A DNA stretch of 64,000 nucleotides from Octopus vulgaris (lineage: Eukaryota): the NCBI GenBank assembly GCA_951406725.2, contig OX597817.1, positions 39,680,001-39,744,000 on the forward strand. The letters are read 5' to 3'. Below are positions 1 to 13,232 of this stretch, in pieces. A program made the translations under genes and the position numbers. The notes beneath the pieces were generated by a model, which was not told where the DNA came from, ran no database searches, and was given only the letters and a program-made list of their open reading frames with translations. The stretch's first letter is position 1. Every line of letters starts with the position of its first letter.

Positions 1-1276
1 GTGTGTATGTATGTATGTATATATGTATGTATGCATGCATTTATGTATGTATGTATAAGGGTAAGATCTAAGGATCCAAGTGAGGGAAGTTTGTAAGCTG
101 AAAGTTTTTGTGTAGCTCATAGCTTGTAACCAGAGTTGCTATGAATGCAAATAAGAATCCAAATTCAGGGAATGGAAGGCGTAAAATCCAGGCTACATAT
201 GTTTCTTAGCTAGCTAATCCTCTGATGTAATAATTACTCAATGAGGAGTACTCAACTTAACTAATCATCAGGCTAAGAATGCCTTAAATTACATGAAGGT
301 TACATCATTGCTTGAAATCCCCAATTTAGCTCACTATAGATTTGAGTAGAAATGAATGGTGAAACCAGAAGAACAGAATACAGAAACAAATGTTTGAAGA
401 AATAAAAGAGTCAAACAGTAAGAAAAAGAGGGTGTGATCAGATATTTAGGAATGGGAATTGTGTAAGGTTGTTAGGAGTGAAGAAAAGGAGAGGGGAAGA
501 TAAGAGTAGATAGTTGCTGTTGTTAAGGGGTAAAAACGAATGATAGTTGTGAGTATTTAGTTTGTTAGGATAGGTAAAATTTGAAACCATTATTATTATT
601 AAGGTGGTAAACTGACAGAGTTGTCAGGATACTGAATAAAATGATTAGTGGCATTTTGTCCTTTATGTTCTGTGTTCAAATTCTGCTGAGGTTGACTTTG
701 CATTTCATCTTTTTAGCAGTCAATGGAATAAGTACCAGCTGAGCACTGGGGTTGCTGTAATCAAATAGCCCCTTCCCCAAAATTTCAGGCTGTGTACCTT
801 TAGTAGAAAAGATTGTCATTATTATTATTATAATCTTTATTCGTTATCTTATTTAAAATGGTACAATGTATTTGAAAGAAATTTGGCTGCTATTTCTAGC
901 AGCTCGAATGGCTACATATTTTGAGACACAGGTACTGTGAACTTGGCTGGCGTATGATATTTGTTCCTTAGTACTTAGCATTGGTGGTGGATTTCTCAGT
1001 AGAGTATTTGTTGGCCACAAAGTTATTGTTATTATTTATGTGGGTGTGTGTGTATTTTCAGTTTGTTTAAGGTTAACTGGAAGTGGTTTTAGGATAGTAT
1101 TGTAGGAATGTCCTGCAGTCTTGTGCATGTATCTTTTGGGAGTGTCGTTAAACAGAAAGGAAGTCACAATGTGGTTCAGTTGATCTGGTAGCTTTATCAG
1201 CAAATCTCTCTCAAATTACTTTCTACTCGTGTGCAAATTTTGCATGAATTTGGAAATGGCAGTGAGTGAAATTTTC

Positions 1277-1440
1277 TAAATAGAATTATGAGCTCTCACT
1301 ATATATTGACTTTAAAAAGTAGTCTTATATTAGGGCATATAAGCTCAATTGTTCATTTTTTTTTTCCACTACAGGGGCTAATATGTCCTAATATTAGACT
1401 ATTTTCTATAGTCAATATAGAAGGTTCATAATTCTATTTA
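1277..1440. repeat. Palindromic MITE-like inverted repeat (~65-bp imperfect arms)
   Basis: TAAATAGAATTATGAGC...TATTAGGGCATAT versus ATATGTCCTAATATT...TTCATAATTCTATTTA. Confidence 0.75.
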
Positions 1441-4400
1441 CTTCAAAAGAGAGATAAATAAACATGTTGGAAAGCTCAGTTATTATTAGGTTTCATGGGT
1501 GACCTAGAATGCATCACCACTGATGTTTTTTATGGGTTAGAGTGGTTTTTGGGTCTCTTCAACATCGGATCCCGTCACCCAGTTGACCCAACCAAAGTTG
1601 GTAAGTCCAGGCTGCAACAAACCAAGATCTATCCTTTATATTCAGAATCATGTAGTAGCTTTCTCTTTGGCTTCAGTGATGGAATGCATGGCTCCTGCAT
1701 TCATCTTGTACCTGTAACTCCAAGTCTAGTCAGAATTTTATTGAGGGATTGCTCCATGAGCCTCCAGCAGCGGACTTCAGCTGGCTAGCAGCAAACTCAC
1801 TAGCTTTGGTGTCTATACCGTTCTACTAGCTCCTGGTACTAGCAAGCTTTTTCTAAAAGTAATACGTCAGAAAAAAAACACAACAAAAGATGGTCACAGC
1901 TGGAATATTGGGGCAGGAGCGAATGATAAAAAGTGGACAGAAGAAAAACAAGTATATCAACATTATAGATCAAAAACACCATGCATGAAGAAAATTCAAA
2001 AACTATAATAGGATTGCCTACATAGTCAAGTTGCTTTATTAGATGGGAAAAGGACACACACTCACAGTACAGTGATACAAATGTTGAATGTTGCTCATGA
2101 TTCATTAGTTTGTTCAGCTTTTACATGTTTAGTAGCTAATTAGAAAAAAAAAAAATCTATAATTTCTAGCATAGGCAAGGGGCCAGATACATGTGGGGAT
2201 GGGTTAGACAATTATCTCAAATACTGGGGTCGATATAATTGATTTATACCCTTCCCCACCCAAATCCAAGGCCTTGTGCCTATGTAAGAAATCAATTAAA
2301 ATGAGCTACTACATTATATGTTTTGTGTGTGTTCATGCATACAACACATCTCTTTAGAATTTTGCTTGTGAGAGTACAAATGTATGTATGCAAGCTGTTA
2401 ATGATTTTTTTTTTCCTGATCTATTATTTATTTATTTCATAACCATTTTCTCACATTAATGTAGGTGGGTTGGCTTTCTTACAAAATTAATATTTACATA
2501 TTGTGGGAGTAACAGTTTTATAGTGAGATATATTTTTAACAACTATCTATGAAACATAATGGAACCTGATAGGTGAACCCTGATAGAGTAGAATTATGAT
2601 CAAAATCACTCTGCCCATGACCATTCCATCTTTTTATATTTTAGACTGTATAATTAAATATGTCCTTTCAGTAGTATGAACGTCTAACTTGATACTCCAA
2701 CAGTTCCACCAACCTATAACCCATATCACTGGACTGGTATTTTATTTATTGACCACAAAAGGGTCAGTCTTGTACAGGATTTGAAGCCAAGTGAAATTGT
2801 AGTCATGGCTGATGCTGGCATCACATAAGTGGCACCTGTGCCGGTGGCACGTAAAATGCATTCTTCGAACATTGGGCCTCACAGAGGCAATGATAAGCGA
2901 CCAAGACCTATGGTGATATGCTGTGCTTGAAAAAACCTGTCAAGCCAAGTGAAATCCTAGTCATGGCCGATGCTGGTGTCATGGAAGTGGTCCCCTTGCC
3001 AGTGGCACATAAAATGTACCCATTACACCCTTGGAGTGGTTGTCGTTAGGAAGGGCGTCCAGCTGTAGAGACCATGCCAAATTGGATTGGAACCTGATGC
3101 AGCCCTTCCAGCTTAGAGCATGGATAACAGGCACTAGATGACGATGATGACATGGGCATAACTACAGTTTGGTACCCCTACCCTGCTGAAAATGTTGCCT
3201 CGTAACATTCTGAAAACTAAATATTTTCTAATGAAATTTTGTAGAGATATATGTTTGAGGATGTAGATGACAGATATGTCGAAAACATTAAAGTTTTGAA
3301 TCATGTTTACCCCCTCCTGACTTTGTTTCCTCACAACTCTATAAAATGCATATTTTCAAATGATATTTTTCAGAAATATATTTTTGCAAGTGTAGACTAT
3401 TGATTCTTCAAACATAAACCTCGAAAAAAAAGCAACAGATATTAAAATTACAAAACTTAGTGACAGTAAAGTTGGTGGGAGAAGATAAAATTCCACCCCA
3501 AATCATTTTTTTTTCCTTAAATTTTATCAGTTTGGTTATAGTGTAGCTGTGGCTGTGTAGCTAAGAACTTTGCTTTCAAACCATGTAGTCTTGAGTTCAG
3601 TCTCAAATCACAGCACCTTGGGCAAATGGCTTCTGCTGTAGCCCTGGACTTAACAAAGCTTTGTGAGTGGATTGAGTAGAAAAAATTGAAAGAAGCCCAC
3701 TCTGTGTGTGTACATTCTTGTCTTGACATCATGTGATGATTGTAGATGTGTACCACTGTCATGTAAGTGATGTTGTTTGTTTCTATAGGAAAATATTGCT
3801 TTGCTTGGAAATAAGTGAGGGTTAGCAACAGGAAGGGCATCTAACTGTAGAAAATCTGTCTCAGTAAATTCCATCTGACCCATGAAAGCATGGAAGAATG
3901 GATGCTAAAAGATGATGGAAATTGTAATCTACACTCCTGAAAACATAGCTCTACAAAATGTTATTAAAAAGTATACATCTTTGTGAATGTTATGAGGTAA
4001 AAAGTTGTGGTGGTGGTGGTGATGATGATATGGGGTACCAATCTATAGTTATACCGTAAAGTGCCATGAACTGATACAAATGCCACAAGACATTCAATCC
4101 AACACTTTGATAACTACCATTTCACCATCTCAGATAGTGATATTCTGTTCTTATGTCAGCCATCATGCATTTTGATAAAGATTTATGACTTCTCCAGCAA
4201 CTAATATTGGACATTCAGTAAATTGCATCATCCTGCTGAATTCCAGTGTATTAATTTAGTAAGATTTAGTATTTGTTGAGATGTCAAACGTGCTTTATCT
4301 AGCATATAATTAAAATATCTCTGCTTTGTTTCTAACACTGCAAATATGACTTTAGATAGTATGACTGGACAAAGTGCAATGTAGCATTGTATACTATGTT

Positions 4401-4707
4401 GTAATAACAAAATCTCAGGTGGGCTACAACTCATTGCAAAAAGAGATTTAAAAGGGACAGAAAGAAGCAATAAATCTTGTAAAGGAAGAAAGCAATGAAA
4501 GCTAAAAGTGCGTGCGTAGTACACAGGATAAAACACAAGAAAGAAAAGTGGACAGTGACTCTGTGGTAAGAAGCTTGCTTCCCAACCACATGGTTTTGGG
4601 TTCAGTCCCACTGTGTAGCACTTTGGGTAAGTGTCTTCTAATATATCTTTGGGCCAACCAAAAGCCTTGAGAGTGGATTTGGTAGATGGAAACTGAAAGA
4701 AGCCTGT

Positions 4708-4770
<63 letters not shown>

Positions 4771-5009
4771 TTGTCATTATGTCTGTGTTTGTCCCCCCCC
4801 CATCACTGCTGTTAGTGTGTTTATGTCCCTGTAACTTAGCAGTTCAGCAAAGGAGACCGATAAAATAAGTACTAGGCTTTAAAAAAAATGTCCCAGGATC
4901 AATTCATTTGACTAAAACCCTTCAGGGCATTGCTCCAGCATGGTCACAGTCAAATGACTGAAGCAAGTGAAAGAGTAAAAGGATGAAAGATCTATTAAGA
5001 GAAAAGGGT

Positions 5010-5210
5010 ACATCAGCACATCAGGATTAGTTTTGGTAAATTTCAGGAAATTTTAAAGGATTTGGTATCTTGACAACTAAACCTGATGTAGGAAATTTAT
5101 TCCACGTTTTAACAATTCTGAGCATGACATAATTTTTTGTGTGGTAGAGATATTGAATTCAAAAAGTCAGACAAAGTTGTTTGTGGGAAGATGAGCCATA
5201 TTCTTTTATT
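5010..5210 (-). mobile_element. Possible CR1/L2-type LINE 3' end
   Basis: Minus strand LRIVKTWNKFP resembles the CR1 C-terminal RVVxxWNxLP motif. Confidence 0.35.
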
Positions 5211-5408
5211 CTTTAGTTAGTTTCACTTCTTGTACTGTGTGACCTTGGTGGGCCCACCATTTCCAAGGATTTTAGTCAATTATATCAGCCCCACCCCACA
5301 GAACATATTTTATTATGGTTCTTCTTTCATCCATTTCTGTTTGTTTTTAAGTTAAGTTACTTTTTTGACACAACACTATTTACACTCAATATTGTTGTGG
5401 TAAACACA

Positions 5409-5453
<45 letters not shown>

Positions 5454-5557
5454 ATGAGTGTATGTGTTTAAATATTGATGTACATGCATGTACATATCTA
5501 TCTATCTCTCTATGTCTATCTATTTATCTCTCTCTACATATATATATATATATATCT

Positions 5558-5599
<42 letters not shown>

Positions 5600-6729
5600 T
5601 GTGTGTGTGTGTGTGCATATTGTGTCCTTTCACCAGCTTCTGTGTACCAAGTTCAATTCCATTGACAAGGTATGAATCACTCCATGGTTATAGTAGAAGA
5701 AACTTGTCCAATAGTGCCAAATAACAGGATGAAATCCTCCCACTAAAAAGGAAAAAAAATGCAGTGAAGCAAACCTTTTAACTACACACCCATCACAGCT
5801 CACACAGCTCTAACAGTGATGTCTGCATTTATAGTAAAATATTTATTGTGGATATTGTAAATTTTGTATAGTTTAACAAGGGTTTCTTTTATCAGAGCAG
5901 ACAGACATTTGTAAAGATGTGTTACAGTCAAATGAATGATCTCCTTTATATGTTTCATACTTGTTTTATTAAATCCAAATCTGTTGTAGAAGATTGACAA
6001 CATAATACTACTGTTCAGTGAAGTAGTATTGCATAGTAAACCATATGGTTTAGTTGCTGCCTGCGTAGGTGTGTTGAGACTAGTTTGAATTCTCTGTTAT
6101 ATTTCCTGCTTATTGTGTGTAACACTTCAGCATTCCTTCATTGTGGCTTGTGTTGTAATGAAAATGCACACACACACATACATATATAGGGAGAGATATA
6201 TAAAGAGAGAAAGGAGAGCAGTTAAAAAACTTTTTCTTCCTCTCTAACTATTTGGGAATACACACACACACACACACACACATATATATTACATTGTATA
6301 AATAATAGAAGGATATCACATTCCTATTGACAGGTGTCAATAGCACACATGTATATGATGATATATGTACATGAATATATATATATATATATACAAAATA
6401 AGAAAATGGAGAAATACATCTAAATCATTCATCAACTACCAGATAATACCCAATCACATACTTTATTGAACCACTACTATATTGGATATATGTTATCCCA
6501 TGGAGGGTTGAATTTGAAACCCCTATCTCAATTTGTATATATATATATATAGATATATATATATATATATATATTTGTGTGTGTGTGTGTATTATATATA
6601 TATGTGTGTGTATATGTATAAAATGTGTGTTAGTGTGTGTATGTATGTTTTTTTTTATAATTTTGAACACTATATAAAATATGGTTCAAAATTGTACAAA
6701 AACATTCGCACAAACACATATATCTATAA

Positions 6730-6766
<37 letters not shown>

Positions 6767-6851
6767 GTACATACATCATCTGCATGTGTGTCAATGACAT
6801 TTGTCAATAAAAAATATATCCTTGTATGCATATACACATGTGTGTGTGAGT

Positions 6852-7393
6852 ATACTAACTTAAAAGCTGCACGATAGGGCAGCTTTTAAGTTAGTGCATA
6901 GCTTTTAAGCATCTGACCCCAAATAGGAAAATCTGCAAACAGACTTGTTTTGGAGAATGTGTTGCAATTGCTTCCTCCAGAGTTATATGCTAATGATGAT
7001 CATATTTGTTGCAAAAAATCATGTAAAAAAAATCGCTGAAAACAATCTCAATAGTGAAAACACAGGAATCCAAAATTTCAGGATTGTGGGTCTGGATTCA
7101 GCCCAGAATGTTTTTAATTTATTCACAGAGTTAGCCTTTAGATTATAAAAATTGTTATCATACAAAAAAATTTGTCACAAAAAGTCACATAAAAAAAATC
7201 ATCAAAAACAATTACAATAATGTAATCTTGGGAATTCAAAATTTCACAATTGCGGGTCCAGATTCAGCCTGGAATATTTTTAATATACTCATGGAGTGTC
7301 AGCCTGATTCCAAAATGATATGATATGTCGGGCTATGGCCTCTAGGGGTAAAGTTGAAAAAGTGTGACACTAATATTCACATTTATTATATTA
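6852..7393 (-). mobile_element. Helitron-like non-autonomous element
   Basis: Hairpin with 17-bp arms at 6854-6895 at one end; CACATTTATTATATTA terminus at the other; internal ~70-bp repeats at 7065 and 7230. Classification is inferred. Confidence 0.45.
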
Positions 7394-8345
7394 TTTTATA
7401 TAATTATATTATAGTAAGATGGTGAGCTGGCAGAAATTGTTAGCCCATCAGGCGAAATGCCTAGCAGTATTTTGTCTACTGTTAGGCTTTGAGTTTGAAT
7501 TCTTCTGAGGTCAGCTTTACCTTCCAGATTTTCTTGGGTGATAAAGTTATTACCAGTTACGTACTGGGGCCGATGTAATCGACTTAATCCCTTCCTCCAA
7601 AGTTTGAGGCCTAGTGATTCCGGTAGAAAGGATTTATTGAAGTTGAATAAGTGTGACACACTTATAAGTGTTCACATTTATTATATTAGATTTGTTTAAT
7701 TTTGGGGAAACTTTATTTCTTTTAAAGACTATTTTATGTGTGTGTGTATGTATGTATATATGTATTGAAAGCAAAAAATAAAACAAAAATGAGTGTTCAC
7801 CTCCACTGCCACCATCAACATTACTACTTTTAATAAAATATCAACTCTTCCTAAATTTATTTGTCTCTCTCTTTTTTTCCTTCTCTCTCTCTCTCTCTCT
7901 CTCTGTCTTTGCCTCTGCCCTCACCATCTCTATGCCTGCTATTACATTCACCCCATCATAAAGAATAGTAGGAGTGTCATTGAATAGTGAGAGAGGAGGT
8001 CTAAGTGTGACACACAGAAATTAGTTTTCACATTTATTATATTATATTATATTATATATATATAAATATCTTTCATTAGACCTCGATATTCATTATACAG
8101 CTAAATTAAATTAAATATCCCTGTCAAGTCTTGCCAAATTGGTTTTCTTTCCTTTCTACTTTAACCTATACATACCAACTCAAGGGGAAACCAATTCCAG
8201 CCACTTTGAATTAAGCAGTCACAAAACCACAAGTTCAAGTGCAGTTCAAATCAGAATTTTAATGGCTTACCTACTTGAGGACTCAGAGTTCATACCTATT
8301 AGTTTGAGTCACCCTCGCGAAAACTCCTTGTATCTTTTATATATA

Positions 8346-8876
8346 TGTGGTCTGATCAAGAAGTATCTGGACTGTTGCCATAGTAATGTAACTAAAGCAC
8401 GCAGAGTGAAGCTGCTTGGCACATTGTGACTATGAACTCTGCTGTGCATGTGTACAAAGTTTTAACGTTCTAGCTCACTTCTGCTGTTTACAATAGTGCT
8501 TTGAAGGAACATGTGTAGCGTGTGATCATCACATTGTCCATGACAGAGGAAGTTGAGCAGAGAATCTGCATCAAATTTTGCTAAAAGCTTGGTGATACCT
8601 GCTCAGAGGCTTATACAAAGTTTTCAAAAACTTTTCATCGTTCTTGACACAATCAAGAAGATCTTGTCCAGCTGAAAGCCCTGTGTCTTTTTGGTCAGCT
8701 GTAAGCAGTTTTGGCACAAACTTGGCAGACTAGTGTCTCATACCTAAATATTCAGTGGTAATGGACTGAACTGAAATGTAACTAATCTGGACACTCTCTG
8801 ATAACTCATTGATGGCAATTCAATGATTTCCCCTCACAGCTGCACATACATTTGTGATGTTTTCTCAGTTCTGGCC
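8346..8876. mobile_element. Mariner transposon remnant with internal inversion
   Basis: TA + TIR-like TGTGGTCTGATCAAGAAGTATCTGGACT. The + strand ATG at 8540 gives MTEEVEQRICIKFC*KLG. About 8615-8876 on the - strand gives INELSESVQIS..LGMRH*SAKFVPKLLTADQK..QDLLDCVKNDEKFLKT. Confidence 0.82.
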
Positions 8877-8881
8877 TCTAT

Positions 8882-9345
8882 AGATTATTTTGGAATATAT
8901 TGCAGAACATGCTGGTTAACAAAGACAGGTAGATTAAAACAACTTGTCCGGGTATTAGTGATGAAGACAATCAACAAAAAGAATGTCTTCTAACCGATAT
9001 ATCCATTCCAACAGACAATGTATCCCAAAATAATATTGGTGAAATTATTTCAATTAAAGATATGGAAATAGTGATGTCTACAATGGAGGGATTTCAAACA
9101 TAAAACTATCATCCATAGTAATTGGTAGCTTGAGAAAGATTATAAAGAGATTCAAATGAATACATAACCAGAACTCTGTGACTTACACAGCATACAGAGA
9201 TTAATACTGTATACTGTACTTTAAATACAATAGAAAAAATACAAAAGGAGAAAAATAAAGCAGTGGTCACACCCAAGATATTCTGAGCTACACTTTGTTG
9301 TATATTATATAACAGTATGTAATAATAAAATAAGAATAATTTCAC
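8882..9345 (+). mobile_element. Highly decayed 3' end (RLE endonuclease region) of an R4/Dong-type element abutting (AAT)n
   Basis: Fragments such as DR*IKTTCP, QQKECLLTDISIPTD, KDMEI and IVIGSL resemble the RLE domain; the region runs into the (AAT)n array. Confidence 0.55.
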
Positions 9346-9355
9346 TTGTTATTGG

Positions 9356-9500
9356 AATAATAATAATAATAATAACAACAATAATAATGATAATAATAAT
9401 AATAACGATTGAGTCAGTACTTGAGTGTTGCTTTATTTTGTTGACCTTGGAAAGATGAATGACATTTGACCTCAGTGGTAGTCGAACTTAAGAATAATAA

Positions 9501-9541
<41 letters not shown>

Positions 9542-9569
9542 AAATAATAATAATAATAATAATAATGAA

Positions 9570-9622
<53 letters not shown>

Positions 9623-9689
9623 AAATAATAATGAAAATAATAATAATAATAATAATAATGAAAATAATAATAATAATAATAATAATGAA

Positions 9690-9718
<29 letters not shown>
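9356..9718. repeat. (AAT)n arrays, interrupted by a SINE fragment, with periodic GAA variants
   Basis: Direct reading. Confidence 0.95.
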
Positions 9719-9720
<2 letters not shown>

Positions 9721-10077
9721 GCCTTGATGCAGTACCAGACACTGACTCTCATGGCTTCTGATCTTGACTGTTGGAAGTGTTATCATGTACCTGTTTTGCT
9801 TGGAAACAAGGGTGTTTCGTTCAATATCCTTAAACAACTCTTATTCAGGGACCTTTTGAATAGGATAGGCTACTCAACCTGAAGAAAATTCTAGCTGGGC
9901 CCCACCTACAAGGTCATACCTTGTTTATCTTGATATGAGATCACCATGTCATGCATATATGGTTGTGATGCATGTGCCTGGTGTACCCTTATCAGACGGG
10001 TAGTCATGATGGGTATACTGGGCTTCGTATATTTTACCCCAGTGTCACTTTGATGGCATGCACTGCTCTCTCACTCA
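9718..10077 (+). mobile_element. Non-coding element embedded in (AAT)n, internally deleted copy
   Basis: Homologous to the reverse complement of 46063-46596; flanked by (AAT)n on both sides. Confidence 0.8.
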
Positions 10078-10373
10078 ATAATAATAATAATAATATATGA
10101 TGATTTCAGATTTTGGCCTAAGGCCAGTAACTTCTTGTTGGGTAAGGGTTAGCTGGTTACACCAATACCAATGCTTAATTGGCACTTTATTTTACAAACC
10201 CTTAAAGGATGAACAGTGAAGTTGATGTTGTAGGGATTTGTACTCAGGACATAAAGAACCAGAGAAAATAGCGCAAACCATTTATTCTGACAATATAATG
10301 ACTCTGCCAATCCATACTAACAATCACTATTGTAGAGGGCAATGATGATGATGATGAGACAGAGAAAGCGTAT

Positions 10374-10411
<38 letters not shown>

Positions 10412-10494
10412 CTATATATATATATATATATATATGGACATCTACTGCTCTATAACATAGTGTGCTTCTCTTTCAGATTTATGATTTACTGACA

Positions 10495-10544
<50 letters not shown>

Positions 10545-11985
10545 ATTACATTCACTGAGGACTGTCAACACCCATCAGAATTAACAACCATCTGAATACT
10601 GAACCTAAAACCATAATTTAGGTTTAATAGTCCAGTTATGCAATTATAGACACACTTGCATAAGTTGGCAATGAAGCTTCTACATGGTCACTCAAATTTC
10701 GATAACAGTCATTGCATGCTTATATACAATACCCTACCAGCTCAAAAAAGATAGGCACATTAGATTATATAACCCTAGATCATTGTAATTGTACTGCTGC
10801 ATCAACCATATTATAGGATGTTGTCATACATTGCTGGTTGTAATGCACTTCCTGGTAATACAGTTCTATATTTAAGAGATGAGGAATTATGTACATTATT
10901 TACATTCGACGGATATTTCTTACTTCTTTATTGCCCACAAGGGGCTAAACATACAGGGGACAAACAAGGACAGACAAAGGGATTAAGTTGATTACATCGA
11001 CCCCAGTGCATTCAAAACAACAAAAGATTTTATTGTGACTGGATTTAGGAGATCAGTAAACTATTTTCTTCTGAGAGGTAGAGAGAAAAGAACCTCAGCC
11101 AAGTTCTTAATGCTAGATGTAGAACGGGGCTTCTTTTAATGGGGTAAATGGCTGGAATACATTATGGACTGATCCAAAGTCAGTCCAGTTTAAGCTCAAA
11201 GTCCTCTCATGACTCAGCCTTGGATATTTTTACTGTCTCTATTACAACTTTTCCCACCTCAGTGTACCCCATGCAGGAATTAATATGCAAATGATTGCAT
11301 ATCCACAAATGTGTACCTTCAATCTAATTCTCAGGTTAAATCAACATGACACCAAATGTAACAATGCTGGATCTTTGAATTACAGGCACAATTCACCCAT
11401 GCATACGTTGTGCATTTATTGAAGCTTGATAAGCATTGTTTATAGAATATTGTTCCGTGTTGCTTGTCAAACACATTAATGAATGGTATTTCAATTTTAA
11501 GATTTCATCAGTGTTTTGATCACAGAGGAGATAATAAAGGAGTTCTCAATTTCTTATTTAATTCTGACGCAGTTTGTGGGTAATATGTAGCTTAGAGGCA
11601 CATTGTGACTGGAATTCATTTGGTTTCAATTCTCAGTCGAAGCTACTTCTCTTTACTAAATATTATTAATGTTGTTTTTCTACAACACAGTTATATATAT
11701 GTCCATTTCTTTGCAAAACATATCTTAGCTATTTTTTCTTCGTCTTTGTCTTCTTTATTATATATTTATATCATAATAATCATCATTGTCTTGACATTGT
11801 TGTCATAATCTTATCACCTCCTCTACCACAACTGTCATTGCTGACACCATCATCATCATCATCATCACTGCCACCACCTCCACCATAACCACCAACCTCA
11901 ACAACATCTCTGTTGTAATCATCATCATCATCTAAATAAGTAAATATAGTCTCCTGATAATATTTTGCTAATGAATTAGAGTAGA

Positions 11986-12195
11986 TCTCTTTTACTTGTT
12001 TCAGTCATTTGACTGCAGCCATGCTAGAGCACCACCTTTAGTCAAGCAAATTGACCCCCAGGACTTACTCTTTGTAAGCCTAGTACTTATTCTAACGGTC
12101 TCTTTTGCTGAACCACGATGTTACGGGGACGTAAACACACCAGCATCGGTTGTCATGCGATGTTGGGGGTGACAAACACAGACATACAAACATAT

Positions 12196-12233
<38 letters not shown>

Positions 12234-12396
12234 ATATATACGATGGGATTCTTTCAGTTTCCATCTACCAAATCCACTCACAAGGCTTTGGTGAGCCCGA
12301 GGCTATATTAGAAGACACTTACCCAAGGTGCCATGCAGTGGGACTGAACCCAGAACCATGTGGTTGGTAAGCAAGCTACTTACCACACAGCCACTT
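11986..12396 (-). mobile_element. SINE family A, antisense
   Basis: Reverse complement of the family A consensus. Confidence 0.85.
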
Positions 12397-12578
12397 ATCT
12401 CAAATATTGCTCATTCTCCATGTGATGGAAATATTTAAGATACCATTTGTTACTTTTCTTAACCCTACCACCATCACCACATAACTATTCTATTTATTAT
12501 TGTACTCATTAACCCCTTCCCTATTAAGATGTTTTAATTATAATTTATTACTTTTTTTTTTCTTTTTTTCCTTTCTAG

Positions 12579-12899
12579 GATCTGAAGAAAACTATCGAGA
12601 ACCTGAGAGATGGTCTTAGTGAAATGCAAAAACTGAACTCATTGCTGTGCGAAGGTGCCAGTAAGGAACGGCAGGCACCACTCAAACGAGAAATAACTAT
12701 GATTGATCAAAAGTTGGAACATGTCTATTCTCGTCTGACATCAAAACTTGTACAGTTGGAAGGTACCATTAATCACTGGTCACAATACTACAGCAGACTG
12801 AACAACTTCAGCACTTGGTTAGAACAGAAGGAATGTCAACTGACTGAAGTCAAAAAAGACACTGGACAGACACCAGAGAAGCAATTAACCACCATTGAG
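12579..12899 (+). CDS. SYNE1: Spectrin-repeat exon 1 in window (107 aa, phase 0/0)
   Basis: T-tract + ctttctAG|gat; DLKKTIENLRDGLSEMQ...EKQLTTIE|GTtaga. Confidence 0.92.
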
Positions 12900-13011
12900 G
12901 TTAGATTTATTTTTTTAGTGTTTTGTTACTTTTTGGTTTTTGTTCTTCTTTTTATGTCTTTTACCCCTTAATGAGCTTTGGTAGGTTATAATCAGTATGA
13001 AATACATTTAA

Positions 13012-13232
13012 CTCTTTAGTGTTCGCATTATTCTGCCAAGATTAATGCTTTTTTATCCACATTGTTTTGAACTAATCATGCATTATCTTGTAGCTATGAG
13101 ATTTTGATGAGGTAGCTGTTAATTTTTAAAACGATATTGTAGGGTTGTCGTGAGAGACCAGATCTGGCCAGTTTGAGCATAAAACAGGCAGAATACTTTT
13201 GGCTGGATATGGCCGGTTTAAATGCTAAAGGG
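13012..13232. mobile_element. TTAA-target MITE, family 2
   Basis: TTAA|CTCTTTAGTGTT...AATGCTAAAGGG|TTAA. Confidence 0.75.

Noticed and set aside
6324-6343. ctattgaca-gg-tgtcaatag palindrome
   Set aside because: An isolated 9-bp stem with no context; not distinguishable from chance.
9414-9882. Poly-I/Y/L ORFs on both strands
   Set aside because: They are translations of the (AAT)n array.
1-12578. Additional host exons upstream of 12579, including ORFs 1495-1788 and 8139-8429
   Set aside because: No spectrin-like translation with convincing splice sites; treated as intron, though very small exons cannot be excluded.
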